From: an uncultured bacterium
GTDB lineage: Bacteria > CSSED10-310
Assembly: GCA_964404285.1 (NCBI GenBank)
Contig: CAYOJK010000012.1
Coordinates: forward strand, 11,494-75,493
Direction of reading: 5' to 3'
DNA length: 64,000 bases
Each line of letters begins with the position of its first letter. The first letter of the stretch is position 1. Of this stretch, positions 50,612 through 61,139 are shown piece by piece. The notes below the pieces were generated by a model, which was not told where the DNA came from, searched no databases, and saw only the letters and a program-made list of their open reading frames with translations. A program made the position numbers and the translations under genes.

Positions 50612-51994
50612 ATGAAACATGTCTTGAAAAATGGAATTAAAGGCGCCGATGCTGATTATATCGATGCCAAGTATGAGGACACTCGCCAACTGACAATTGC
50701 GTTCAACAAGCTTGATATCAACGGTGTGTCAAACACGGTGATCAAAGGAGGACGCATTACAGCGCTTAAAAACGGAGGTTATGCCGCGGCGGCTTTTACG
50801 AGGCCCGAAAACATGGCGGACGCTGTCAAAGCTGCTACACGTAGCGCGCTACATCTGTCGAAATTCGACTCAACCAACCGCCTTATGCCTGCCCCTGTCG
50901 TGGAAGATATCGTCATACCCGTGATGAAAGTCGATCCTCGAAAAATTTCTTTTGATGACAAAGTCGCTTTGGCCAGAGATTATTTGCGACTCATTCTGGA
51001 CGTGCCCGGCGTGTTCACGTCATTCGGAACATATTACGAAAATTATACGCATGAAACTTTCGTCAACTCGGAAGGCACTACTATCGATCAGGATATCGTT
51101 CAGTGTTTCATGTCGTTCCGAATCATGGCAAAAAACAAAAGCACGACAGAAAGCCTGGGGATCGCACTGGGGTTCGATGCTGATTATGCGTTGTTGCTGG
51201 ACAGACATGCCGACGTAGAACACAAGGCAAAATTGGCTGTTGATCTGTTGGAAGCAAAATCTGTCAAACCAGGTGTTTATACAATCGTCGCTGACCAAGA
51301 CCTGTCGGGTGTGTTTACCCACGAAGCGTTTGGTCACTTATCGGAAGCCGATGACACGATCAACAATAAATCGCTTCAGGAAATGCTGGTCATGGGCAGA
51401 CGAATGGGCGAACCGCATTTGAATATCGTCGATGATGGTAGCTGGCCGGGCGCAAGCGGAACCTACAGTTACGATGAACAAGGTGTCCGCTCATCCAAAA
51501 CCTATCTGGTCAAAGACGGCCTGCTGGCTGGACGCCTGCACTCCAGATTGTCTGCGGCACAACTGAATGGGGAACTGACGGGTAACAGTCGCGCTGTTGA
51601 CTATAGGTTTATGCCTCAGGTCAGAATGTCTAATATCTTTATTGAACAAGGCGAAACACCATTTGAACAACTTCTAAACGAAGCGGATAACGGCCTGTAT
51701 TTATGCGGTGGCAAAGGCGGACAGACCATGGGTGATCTATTCACCTTCGGCGCTCAATATGGCTATGAAATCAAAAACGGTAAACTTGGAAAAATGGTCA
51801 AAGACATCAATATATCCGGAAATGTATTCGAAACTCTTGGCAATATCGCGCGCGTCGGCAACGACTTCCAAATGAATGAAGGCGGCGGATGCGGCAAGAC
51901 AAGAGCAGGTTTGTTCGACATGCAAATGCTGGAAAAAAGCGGCACGGGTGGTCCCAGTGTCTTGATTAAGAATGTGATTATAGGAGGCGAATAA
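50612..51994 (+). CDS. tldD: TldD-family metalloprotease (second copy)
   Basis: 'HEAFGHLSEAD' HExxxH motif; 460 aa. Confidence 0.8.
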   Translation: MKHVLKNGIKGADADYIDAKYEDTRQLTIAFNKLDINGVSNTVIKGGRITALKNGGYAAAAFTRPENMADAVKAATRSALHLSKFDSTNRLMPAPVVEDIVIPVMKVDPRKISFDDKVALARDYLRLILDVPGVFTSFGTYYENYTHETFVNSEGTTIDQDIVQCFMSFRIMAKNKSTTESLGIALGFDADYALLLDRHADVEHKAKLAVDLLEAKSVKPGVYTIVADQDLSGVFTHEAFGHLSEADDTINNKSLQEMLVMGRRMGEPHLNIVDDGSWPGASGTYSYDEQGVRSSKTYLVKDGLLAGRLHSRLSAAQLNGELTGNSRAVDYRFMPQVRMSNIFIEQGETPFEQLLNEADNGLYLCGGKGGQTMGDLFTFGAQYGYEIKNGKLGKMVKDINISGNVFETLGNIARVGNDFQMNEGGGCGKTRAGLFDMQMLEKSGTGGPSVLIKNVIIGGE

Positions 51995-53307
51995 TGGAAA
52001 AGCTGTTGAAACTGGCTGCTGAAAAAGCTGATCAAGCTGAGGTGTATCACGTTAGAAAAACGTCATCACCAGTAAATTTTTATAACTGGCGCCAGGCCGA
52101 TGTCATCACCCGAAATCTGGACGAAGTGTCGCTTCGAGTCATCAAGAATGGGCGTATTGGCACCGTGAAAAGTTCATCGACGGAAGAACCGGGCTGGATG
52201 GTCCAAGCCGCTTTAAAAGCCGCAGAATTTGGCGCTGAAGCCCCTTTTCAATTCCCGGGGAAATCCAGTAAAGGCTGTGGAGGAGCGATCTGCGATCCGG
52301 AACTGGAATCCCTGACACCTGCACAAATGGTTGCAGACGGGCGCGACATCTATGATTATGTCAGAAAATATCACCCGGAACTCCCGTTAAACCTATATTT
52401 CGACAACGAAATCGTCGATATCACCTTGATGAATACGTCCGGAAAATCGGAATCATACCGAAGAACCATGTTTACCGTCAGCCTGCTGTCAATGTACCAA
52501 CGATCCAAAGAAGGCATCAATAAGGAAATAACTCAATGTCGATACTTTCGGTTTCCCACCCATATTATCGATGAACTGATCACCGAAAATCGCTTGTCGG
52601 AAAAAGAAATTCAAGTTTCAACTCGTAAAATGCCGGTTTTGTTCCGTTCATCGTCAACTTGGAGCATTTTATACCGGATTATGGAAGGCGCGAATGGAGC
52701 CCAAAAAGTTCGGGGCGTGACACCGCTTGCAGATAAGTTGGGCAAACAGATATTCGGTCCCGAAGTAACGCTGATCGACGATCCTACAGCGGATTGGGCT
52801 CCCGGCAGCACACCATTCGATGACGAAGGTGTGCCAACCCGAAAAAAACCCATCGTCGAAAACGGCGTGTTCAAAAACTTCATTTTTGACCTGGCCAACG
52901 GCGCAAAAGATGGAAGCGGCTCCACTGGAAACGGCATAAAACGATCGATGTGGACTCGCGGTATAGAAGTGGCGCCAAACCCACGCTTCAACAACCTGTT
53001 TATGAGTCCTGGCGATAAAACGTATGACGAGTTGGTCGCAATGATGCCGGAAGGAATCATCGTCAACGACGTCATCGGTTTTCACTCCGGTAATATCCTA
53101 CAAGGCCATTATTCGATGAACGTCGGAATCGGTTTCTATGTCAAAGATGGAAAAATTCAAGGCCGTGCAATAGATACCATGATCGCCGGCAATATCTATG
53201 AAGATTTCTTTAGAATCAAAGGAATGACAAAAGATATCGCCTATAATCCCATTGCTTTCAGCCCGGAAATATTGATCGATGCCGTGTCGGTTTCCGGCAC
53301 CGCCTGA
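51994..53307 (+). CDS. pmbA: PmbA/TldE-family protein (second copy)
   Basis: Start codon overlaps the tldD stop (TAATGG). PmbA-like fold, no HExxxH. Confidence 0.8.
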   Translation: MEKLLKLAAEKADQAEVYHVRKTSSPVNFYNWRQADVITRNLDEVSLRVIKNGRIGTVKSSSTEEPGWMVQAALKAAEFGAEAPFQFPGKSSKGCGGAICDPELESLTPAQMVADGRDIYDYVRKYHPELPLNLYFDNEIVDITLMNTSGKSESYRRTMFTVSLLSMYQRSKEGINKEITQCRYFRFPTHIIDELITENRLSEKEIQVSTRKMPVLFRSSSTWSILYRIMEGANGAQKVRGVTPLADKLGKQIFGPEVTLIDDPTADWAPGSTPFDDEGVPTRKKPIVENGVFKNFIFDLANGAKDGSGSTGNGIKRSMWTRGIEVAPNPRFNNLFMSPGDKTYDELVAMMPEGIIVNDVIGFHSGNILQGHYSMNVGIGFYVKDGKIQGRAIDTMIAGNIYEDFFRIKGMTKDIAYNPIAFSPEILIDAVSVSGTA

Positions 53308-53528
53308 TTTCAAAGTATTTACTTATTTATTAGTCATATAAGCAGACAGCCAAACGTTTTGTTTGTTACGAAAAAAACCGAGCTTCCCTCGATAAATTGA
53401 ATAGTCCTGTCTAAAAAACATGACAAAAGATAAAACGCGCATTCCACTCTTGAACAAGATCAATAGTGTATCTCGACAGCTCGAAGCTTTTAAACTGACA
53501 GATGAAAAAAGTTACTTTAGCGCTTCAT

Positions 53529-54464
53529 TCAAAATCGTTTGACATAGGCATGGCAATACGGTTTTGAACCTTTGTTTTCATAGTAATTCTGATGGTAATC
53601 CTCAGCCTGCCAGAAAACTCCCGCTTCGCTGACCTTCGTTGCAACATCAAGTCCACGAGCTGTCAATTCACCGATCAATTTTTCAGCTATGCGTTTTTGT
53701 TCCGCATTTAAATAAAATATTTCTGATCGGTATTGCGTGCCGATGTCCGGCCCTTGCCGATTGACCTGGGTCGGGTCATGGGTTTCGAAAAATAGCTTTG
53801 CCAACGTTTCATAATCCGTTTTTTCCGGATCATAAACGACTTCCACCGCTTCGGCATGCCCTGTATTTTTGGAGCAAACCTCTTTATATGTCGGTCGCTC
53901 AGTGTGGCCGCCGGTATATCCTGAAGTCACTCGAATAACGCCTGGATTCTGTTTCATGAAATATTCGACTCCCCAGAAACATCCTCCTGCAAAGATTGCT
54001 CGAGCAACTTTGGGTTCCGGAAGAGGGTCACCTGTGGGGACGAATCGAATAGACAGCGAATTGACACAATGGCGCGTGTCTTTCGCCGTCATTTTCTCCC
54101 CTTTGAAAACATGGCCAAGATGACCACCACACGACGCACACAGAATCTCGGTTCTGCGGCCGTCGGCATCTGGCAACCGTTTGACGGCGCCGGGCAGTTC
54201 ATCATCAAAACTTGGCCAACCACATCCGGAATCGAATTTGTCACCGGACTGATACAGCGGCGTATTACAATATCGGCAAATATATGTTCCCTCAGCCTTC
54301 TGATCCCAATATTCACCGGTAAACGGTCTCTCCGTTCCTTTATGCAAAATAACCCGCTCTTCTTCGGGTGTTAACGTATTATATTTCACGGCTTTTACTC
54401 CTGATAAAATGATAATGGTCATAATGACGATCAGTGTTAACAATCTAACAGGTTTGGCATTCAT
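53529..54464 (-). CDS. msrAB: Bifunctional peptide methionine sulfoxide reductase MsrB-MsrA fusion, secreted
   Basis: Signal peptide. MsrB motifs 'CxxC...CGWPSF' and 'CASCGGHLGHVF'; MsrA 'AGGCFWGVE' active site. Confidence 0.85.
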   Translation of the reverse strand: MNAKPVRLLTLIVIMTIIILSGVKAVKYNTLTPEEERVILHKGTERPFTGEYWDQKAEGTYICRYCNTPLYQSGDKFDSGCGWPSFDDELPGAVKRLPDADGRRTEILCASCGGHLGHVFKGEKMTAKDTRHCVNSLSIRFVPTGDPLPEPKVARAIFAGGCFWGVEYFMKQNPGVIRVTSGYTGGHTERPTYKEVCSKNTGHAEAVEVVYDPEKTDYETLAKLFFETHDPTQVNRQGPDIGTQYRSEIFYLNAEQKRIAEKLIGELTARGLDVATKVSEAGVFWQAEDYHQNYYENKGSKPYCHAYVKRF

Positions 54465-54579
54465 CGTTCAGCCCTCCTGTATTCTTATGACACTTGAAAC
54501 AGCCTAAACGTTTCAGAAAAAAACAGCTTTTCACCGGAATGCGGTCAGCGAGGCTCTCCCACATCGATCTTCCCGGCCG

Positions 54580-55428
54580 CTAATACACCTCGTCTTCCGG
54601 CTTTTTAACATCCCAATGCACCAAAACAGTCCGCACTATTTCCGGCCATATGAGTCCTTGTTCGGTTTTCTGCAAACGTTTTTCCAGTAACTCCACTAAA
54701 TAATCGTCGTATTGACAAGGGTCCATCAAACCCATTTTCTGTTTAATATTGTTGACGGCATCATCCACGGTATAATATCTCCAAGGCTTCCAGAGACCGT
54801 CATTTTCTACGACGACATCAGCAAAAATTCCCATTTGTAAAAGTGCATTATAGGCAATTTGAAAATTGGGGCTGTCGTATGGCGATCCAAGGATCGTGCG
54901 TGAAATATCCGCCATCAGCCCGACCGGTGATGGGGCTCTTAACAGAAGAACACAGGTTTTGCGGGTTACCGTCTGCATAGATTGAATATATTTTTCGAAA
55001 TCGGAACATCCGTAAATTGAATGTGAGCTCAATGTAAAATCGAATGTTTGATTCATTTCAAAAGGCCAGACATCCTGGATAACCTCGATATTGTCGATAT
55101 TTGCTTCGATTATATTCTGTTTTAGGATATCGATCATAGTTTGAGAAGAATCGATTGCAGTTACTGTGCGGCACAGAGGCGCCAACAGGCAGGCCCAAGC
55201 GCCGGTTCCAGCGCCGATATCCAGAAGGGTTGACTCGGGGTTGCGACGTAAAAGATTCAACATCCAATTCCTACTGGAGTCTGGTTTTTTCCAGCGTTTT
55301 TTGAGCTGACGGTCGAATTTTTGAGCCCGTTTTTCCCAGATATCACCATCCTGGTTATTTTGTTTGGCGGCATTTCGTTTTTGAACGATCTCATTCCACA
55401 GTTTAAGATAATCCGGTATTTTTTCCAT
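54580..55428 (-). CDS. Class I SAM-dependent methyltransferase
   Basis: 'LLDIGAGTGAWA' motif I. Confidence 0.65.
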   Translation of the reverse strand: MEKIPDYLKLWNEIVQKRNAAKQNNQDGDIWEKRAQKFDRQLKKRWKKPDSSRNWMLNLLRRNPESTLLDIGAGTGAWACLLAPLCRTVTAIDSSQTMIDILKQNIIEANIDNIEVIQDVWPFEMNQTFDFTLSSHSIYGCSDFEKYIQSMQTVTRKTCVLLLRAPSPVGLMADISRTILGSPYDSPNFQIAYNALLQMGIFADVVVENDGLWKPWRYYTVDDAVNNIKQKMGLMDPCQYDDYLVELLEKRLQKTEQGLIWPEIVRTVLVHWDVKKPEDEVY

Positions 55429-55653
55429 CGAAAACCTCTCGTTAAATCACCAGGCCGTTTTTTGCGTCACAGCAAAAACCTCCACGGATTATACACATCG
55501 GTAAATAGGTTTCCAGTTCACCGTCAAAAGATTCATATTCACTCATCGGTTCGACAGTTTTTTTCGGATGTTGATTCTCGATTATCAAACGCCTACACTA
55601 TTGCAACGCCAGATACCCGATTGACTAACACCTGGTGTTTAAGTGAGTAACAA

Positions 55654-56706
55654 ATGACGCGTTTTACCAAATCACATATTGCAGCTATCGGCGTCGAGAT
55701 TGCGCCGGAGATTGTTACATCTGATGATATCGAAGCGTTGCTGGAACCGTTGTATAAACGCCTGCATATTGCACCAGGCCAATTAGCGGCTTTGACAGGT
55801 ATTCATCAGCGGCGCTGGTGGCCGGAAGGATATATGGTTTCGCAAGGCGCTTTAGCCGCGTCAATCGATGCCATACGCAAAGCCGGCATCCGATCACGTG
55901 ATATCGATGTCGTGATTTATGCCGGTGTCTGCCGGGATGATTTTGAACCGGCTTCGGCGTGCCATGTCGCTTCCGGCATTCCCGGCTTGAATCCTCGTGC
56001 AATGGTATATGACGTATCCAATGCCTGTCTTGGAGTCATCAACGGCATCATGCAGGTCGCGAACATGATCGAATTGGGTCAGGCACGCTGTGGCCTGGTT
56101 ACCAGTTGTGAAACCGCCAGAGACATCACCATGATCATGATCAATAAACTTCTGGATACCGGATCGATGGATTTTTTCCGTTATGGGTTGGCGACTCTGA
56201 CCGGTGGTTCCGGCGCTGCCGCAGCGCTGGTTACCTCCGAAGATTTCGTTCCTGACGGCAGAGGTAGAATTCTTGGCGGCGCTTACCGTACTGCGCCGCG
56301 TCATCACATGTTGTGCCGATGGAGCTTGGAACCTCTCAATTCCAACTATGATGTGCGACCCTATATGCACACGGATTCGGTTGGTGTATTAAAACACGGG
56401 GTCACGCTGGCTGCGTCAACGTGGCAGGATTTTCTTGAGACAATGAAATGGAAACGTGAAGATATCGACCGTGTCATCTGCCACCAAGTTGGCTCTGCAC
56501 ATCAAAAGACTGTGCTAGAAACCTTTGGACTCGACCCGGCTATCGATTTTTCAACGTATCCGAATTATGGAAATATCGGCACTGTTTCTCTGCCCCTGAC
56601 CGCTGCGCTGGCAGAAGATGCCGGAGTGTTGAAACGCGGCGATAATGTCGGGTTTCTTGGTATCGGCAGCGGATTGAACTGTATGATGCTGGGAATCGAA
56701 TGGTAA
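55654..56706 (+). CDS. oleA: OleA-like FabH-family thiolase (head-to-head fatty-acyl condensing enzyme)
   Basis: FabH-like: active-site 'DVSNACLG' Cys, 'HQRRWWPEG'. First gene of a 4-gene colinear oleABCD-type cluster. Confidence 0.7.
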   Translation: MTRFTKSHIAAIGVEIAPEIVTSDDIEALLEPLYKRLHIAPGQLAALTGIHQRRWWPEGYMVSQGALAASIDAIRKAGIRSRDIDVVIYAGVCRDDFEPASACHVASGIPGLNPRAMVYDVSNACLGVINGIMQVANMIELGQARCGLVTSCETARDITMIMINKLLDTGSMDFFRYGLATLTGGSGAAAALVTSEDFVPDGRGRILGGAYRTAPRHHMLCRWSLEPLNSNYDVRPYMHTDSVGVLKHGVTLAASTWQDFLETMKWKREDIDRVICHQVGSAHQKTVLETFGLDPAIDFSTYPNYGNIGTVSLPLTAALAEDAGVLKRGDNVGFLGIGSGLNCMMLGIEW

Positions 56707-57590
56707 CCATCGATCGGACACTCTATCCCTTTGACACTCGCCGAGATATCATTCGACCCGATATTTTAATGCATAGCATCGACCATGGTTCCGGCCCGCC
56801 GGTCATCTGTGTTCACGGGAATCCGACCTGGTCATTTTTTTACCGTAATCTTGTCCATCGACTGAAAAATCGATATCGCATGCTCGTTCCCGACCATATT
56901 GGTTGTGGTCTGTCGGATAAACCCAACGATAAGAACTATCATTACACGCTGGCCAGCCGTATCGAAGATCTGGAAGAATTTATGGAACGGACAATTTCGG
57001 ATAAACCCTACCGGATGGTGATACATGATTGGGGCGGAATGATAGGATTAGGTGTTGCTCTTCGTCATGTTGACCGCTTGAAACAACTCGTGATTCTGAA
57101 CACATCTGGGTTTTTACTGCCTAAAACACGATCTTTTCATACTGTATTGCGCTTCGCTGGAACCTGGCCGGGCGGTCTATTGATTCGTTATGCAAATGCC
57201 TTCGTTCGTGGAGTTCTTCGATGGGGAACAGTGCGAAAACCCGTGCCCGCCAATGTCAAGAAAATGTTTCTTGCGCCTTACGATTCGCCGGCTAACCGTA
57301 TCGCGATACAACGCTTCGTGCAGGATATCCCGCTGAAGAAAAAAGATGCCGCTTATGACGCAGCAAAAGAAATCGATACGAATCTATACAAGCTGAAAAA
57401 TATTCCAAAACTGATTATCTGGGGAAAACAGGATTTTATTTTCGATGATCCATTTCTGGACGAATGGTCACATAGATTTCCGGACATTCGGGTTGAAGCA
57501 ATCCAAAATGCCGGGCACCTGGTATTGGAAGACGCTCCGGACCAAGCCTGTAACCTGATCGAACAGTTTTTTTTGTCGCTGAAGGATTGA
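56700..57590 (+). CDS. oleB: OleB-like alpha/beta hydrolase (haloalkane-dehalogenase-like; beta-lactone decarboxylase)
   Basis: 'VHGNPTWSFFYRNL' haloalkane-dehalogenase N-terminal motif; 'HDWGG' nucleophile elbow. ATGG..TAA overlap with oleA. Confidence 0.7.
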   Translation: MVTIDRTLYPFDTRRDIIRPDILMHSIDHGSGPPVICVHGNPTWSFFYRNLVHRLKNRYRMLVPDHIGCGLSDKPNDKNYHYTLASRIEDLEEFMERTISDKPYRMVIHDWGGMIGLGVALRHVDRLKQLVILNTSGFLLPKTRSFHTVLRFAGTWPGGLLIRYANAFVRGVLRWGTVRKPVPANVKKMFLAPYDSPANRIAIQRFVQDIPLKKKDAAYDAAKEIDTNLYKLKNIPKLIIWGKQDFIFDDPFLDEWSHRFPDIRVEAIQNAGHLVLEDAPDQACNLIEQFFLSLKD

Positions 57591-57596
57591 TTGCAG

Positions 57597-59387
57597 ATGC
57601 TTAATAACGGCATAGAAAACCCGAACAATCCGACTTACACCAACGTAACTGTCCCTTTATCCTGGCTTGCAGCGACGAACCCATATCAACCCGCCGTTTA
57701 TTACCCGGCTGGAACTGGTCGTGATGGTCGTGTGACCTATCTGCGATTGAATTACCGACAATTGGACCAGGAAAGCAATCGGATCGCGCGCGGCTTACTG
57801 GCATCCGGTTTTGAACCCGGTATGCGCACCGCGTTGATGGTCACGCCATCTTTGGAATTTTTTCTGTTGACGTTCGCCATGCTGAAAAGCGGTATCATAC
57901 CGGTCATGGTCGATCCGGGAATGGGCGCATCGAAACTGAAAACTTGCTTTGAAGAGTCGGAAATAGAGGGTTTTATCGGTATACCTAAAGCACATGTTGC
58001 TCGAACGCTTCTGGGCTGGGGAAAACGAAGCGTCCAACACCTGGTGACAGTGTTTCCACGAGGTATAACATGGGGACAGTCTTTAAAAGCCATCCGGGAC
58101 ACCGGTGAAAACATCCCGTTTTTCGAACCTTTGACTCCGGATTTTACAGACACTACACAACCCGACGATCTAGCTGCCATCAATTTCACTTCCGGCAGCA
58201 CCGGTATACCCAAAGGCGTAGAATATACGCACGGCATCTTCTCTGCTCAAGTTGAACTGATCCGAGCGACATACGGAATCGAATGCGGTGAAATCGACCT
58301 TTGCACCTTTCCATTGTTTGCTTTGTTCGCACCCGCTCTGGGAATGACTTCGATCATACCTGACATGGATTTTACCAAGCCTGCACACGTGAATCCGACC
58401 AATATCATTCGGATAATGGAAGATTTCGGGCCGACAAATATGTTCGGGTCACCGGCATTGCTGAATACTGTAGGCAGATACTGTAAAACACATCACATTC
58501 AATTTCCTACGTTGCGTCGAGTCATTTGCGCTGGAGCTCCAATCAACCCATTGATTATTGAATACTTTTCTCATGCGCTTACAGGAAAAGCGCGTATTCA
58601 CTCCGGGTACGGCGCCACTGAGGCTATGCCGTTGACATCTATCGACAGTGAAACGATTTTAAATGAAACCGCTACCGGCGCTGCTGCAGGAAAAGGCATC
58701 TGTGTCGGCGCGCCAAATCGCGGAATCGATATTGATATTATCCCGATCACAGAAAACCCAATCGCTGAATGGCAAGACGATTTGCGGCTAAGACCCGGTG
58801 AAATCGGTGAAATCACCGCTCGCGGCGCAGTTGTGACGCAGGCATATTTTCGTCGTGACGACATGACGCGTTTGACCCGAATTTTTGATCCTGAAACAGG
58901 TCGGTTTCGGCATCGCATGGGTGATTTGGGCTGGATCGATCAAAAAGGTCGCCTATGGTTTTGCGGGCGTAAAAGCCATCGCGTACAAACATCTGATGGA
59001 GACCTTTATACACTTCCTGTCGAAGGTGTTTTTAATGCCCATCCCGATGTTTACCGCACCGCATTGATTGGGCTGGGAGAACCGGGAGCGGAAATACCAG
59101 TTCTCTGTGTGGAACTCGAGGCTTTAACTGAATCTGAGAGTACAACCCAATCCGGTAAACAACAGAGCAAAAAATCTGTCAAAGATATCAGCCGAATTGT
59201 TCAGGAACTCCAAGATTTGGGCCGAGCGTATTCACCAACACAACATATTCATCGATTTATCGTGCATCGATCGTTTCCGGTCGATATTCGACATAATTCC
59301 AAGATTTTCCGCGAAAAACTCAAAACATGGGTCACTGCTCATCAAAATAAGATCATCGTTTTGGACTCAACCAGGAAGAACGCATGA
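57597..59387 (+). CDS. oleC: OleC-like AMP-dependent synthetase/ligase (beta-lactone synthetase)
   Basis: 'FTSGSTGIPKGV' AMP-binding motif; 'GYGATE' and 'DLGWID' ANL-family motifs. Confidence 0.7.
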   Translation: MLNNGIENPNNPTYTNVTVPLSWLAATNPYQPAVYYPAGTGRDGRVTYLRLNYRQLDQESNRIARGLLASGFEPGMRTALMVTPSLEFFLLTFAMLKSGIIPVMVDPGMGASKLKTCFEESEIEGFIGIPKAHVARTLLGWGKRSVQHLVTVFPRGITWGQSLKAIRDTGENIPFFEPLTPDFTDTTQPDDLAAINFTSGSTGIPKGVEYTHGIFSAQVELIRATYGIECGEIDLCTFPLFALFAPALGMTSIIPDMDFTKPAHVNPTNIIRIMEDFGPTNMFGSPALLNTVGRYCKTHHIQFPTLRRVICAGAPINPLIIEYFSHALTGKARIHSGYGATEAMPLTSIDSETILNETATGAAAGKGICVGAPNRGIDIDIIPITENPIAEWQDDLRLRPGEIGEITARGAVVTQAYFRRDDMTRLTRIFDPETGRFRHRMGDLGWIDQKGRLWFCGRKSHRVQTSDGDLYTLPVEGVFNAHPDVYRTALIGLGEPGAEIPVLCVELEALTESESTTQSGKQQSKKSVKDISRIVQELQDLGRAYSPTQHIHRFIVHRSFPVDIRHNSKIFREKLKTWVTAHQNKIIVLDSTRKNA

Positions 59388-60361
59388 GAATACTGGTTAC
59401 AGGCGGCGGTGGATTTTTAGGAACGGCGATCTGTAAGATATTGGCAGCAAGAAAAGATCATGTGATTAGTTACTCCCGTGGCCGACATTCTCATCTACAA
59501 AGCTTGCAAGTGCGGCATATCCAAGGTGATATAACCGACTACCAGGCGCTGAGGAAAGCGGCGGAAGGCTGTGATGCTGTCATTCATACGGCGGCAAAAG
59601 CCGGTGTTTGGGGTTCATATCAGAGCTTTTACAAACCGAATGTTATCGGGACACAAAACGTCATTGCTGTTTGTCAAGACTTGGACATACGCAGGCTGGT
59701 CGTAACCAGTTCACCATCCGTTGTGTTTGATGGCCACGATATGGACGGCATAGACGAAACCGCTCCGTATCCGACGGTTTGGCATGCTCCGTATCCAGCC
59801 ACCAAAGCGTTAGCGGAAAAAGCGGCTCTGGCGGCTAATGATGCGAATCTTGCCGTGACCGTTCTTCGACCGCACTTGATCTGGGGACCGGGTGATCCGC
59901 ATCTTGTCAAGCGGATCGTCGAGCGCGGCAAAAAGGGTAAATTGAAACGAATCGGGTCTATGGACAAACGGATTGACAGCGTTTATATCGACAATGCCGC
60001 TGACGCCCATGCACTTACCCTGGATCATCTGGAACCGGGTTCACCATGTGCTGGAAAAGCCTATTTCATCAGTAATGGCGAACCGCTGGAAACATGGTGG
60101 CTGATCAACGCCATATTGAAAGCCCATAATGTTTCTCCAGTAAGCAAGACAATACCTGTTCCTATAGCATTTGCTGCTGCCGGTATGATGGAAATGATCT
60201 GGAAAATATTCCGAATTCGATCGGAGCCTCTATTGACTCGTTTTGTTGTAAAGGAGCTGACCACATCACATTGGTTCGACATCTCCGCAGCAGAACGAGA
60301 TTTGAATTATCGACCCAGAGTAACGATTGCCGAAGGTTTGCAGCGACTCTCGGAATCTTAA
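59384..60361 (+). CDS. oleD: OleD-like NAD(P)-dependent reductase (3-beta-HSD/NAD-epimerase family)
   Basis: 'ILVTGGGGFLGTAI' Rossmann motif; 'YPATKALAEK' YxxxK. ATGA overlap with oleC. Confidence 0.7.
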   Translation: MRILVTGGGGFLGTAICKILAARKDHVISYSRGRHSHLQSLQVRHIQGDITDYQALRKAAEGCDAVIHTAAKAGVWGSYQSFYKPNVIGTQNVIAVCQDLDIRRLVVTSSPSVVFDGHDMDGIDETAPYPTVWHAPYPATKALAEKAALAANDANLAVTVLRPHLIWGPGDPHLVKRIVERGKKGKLKRIGSMDKRIDSVYIDNAADAHALTLDHLEPGSPCAGKAYFISNGEPLETWWLINAILKAHNVSPVSKTIPVPIAFAAAGMMEMIWKIFRIRSEPLLTRFVVKELTTSHWFDISAAERDLNYRPRVTIAEGLQRLSES

Positions 60362-60419
60362 ACCAGTTTATAAAATCACGTTAAAAAGAGTTAGTTGTTA
60401 TTTTTTCTGGTTTAAACCG

Positions 60420-60875
60420 CTAAATACCAGCGCCCGGTAAGCGCTGCAAAAAGTCCGACTCCATCGTTTGGCGGTGACCGGAACTCTGGACATCGATCAA
60501 ATCGGATGGACCACTTAGAACTTCGACATCCTCCGGTGAGCCATCTGTCATGGTGAGTTTGACTTTTACCGTAGCATACGGAAGGATTTTCACATCAGGG
60601 CGTTTGATGGTTTTCATATCCTTATGCTCAAATTGCAAAAGATATATGCCGATAGGTAATTCCGGCATCGTAAAGCGGCCTTTTTTATTTGTGACCATTG
60701 TTCGTTCACCCATCAAATTGGGACTTGTCACGGTAACGGTTACATCGGGTAGCGCCTTTTTATTGGCATCTTTGATTATTCCTATTATCTTGCCGGTTTC
60801 GGTGGCCTTGACCACGCTATATCCTCCCAACAAAAAGAGCATCACTATCAAAACCAGAATAAAAAATTTACGCAT
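60420..60875 (-). pseudogene. Truncated carboxypeptidase-regulatory-like domain gene (N-terminal fragment of a TonB-dependent-receptor/CarbopepD_reg-type protein)
   Basis: Signal peptide plus 'GKIIGIIKDANKKALPDVTVTVTS...TNKKGRFTMPELPIGIYLLQF' CarbopepD_reg fold. ORF stops right after the '...LQRLPGAGI' plug-entry-like motif, far shorter than family members. TATAAT and GGAAAGGAG upstream. Confidence 0.4.
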
Positions 60876-60928
60876 CGCTTCATCTCCTTTCCACCCGATG
60901 ATTATATCACAAAACACCTGAAAAAATA

Positions 60929-60957
60929 ACCAGGAACCGCACTCGTAGAGCGCCACT
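60929..60957. repeat. 29-nt dispersed intergenic element, copy B (accaggaaccgcactcgtagagcgccact)
   Basis: 26/29 match to copy A at 10098-10126; same hairpin-like core. Confidence 0.4.
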
Positions 60958-61139
60958 GTCCTTTTTTGTCTGAACACGATTACAGGATTAAAGGATTAAC
61001 AGGATTAGTCTTTTCTTACTCGGAATCTAATCCTGCCCATCTTTGTAATCTTTGAAATCGTGTTCAAACAGTCATTGGGAACACAAGGTCAATATCCAAT
61101 ATCCAATAACCAATTTCCAAGTTTTGGCACTCAGCACCA

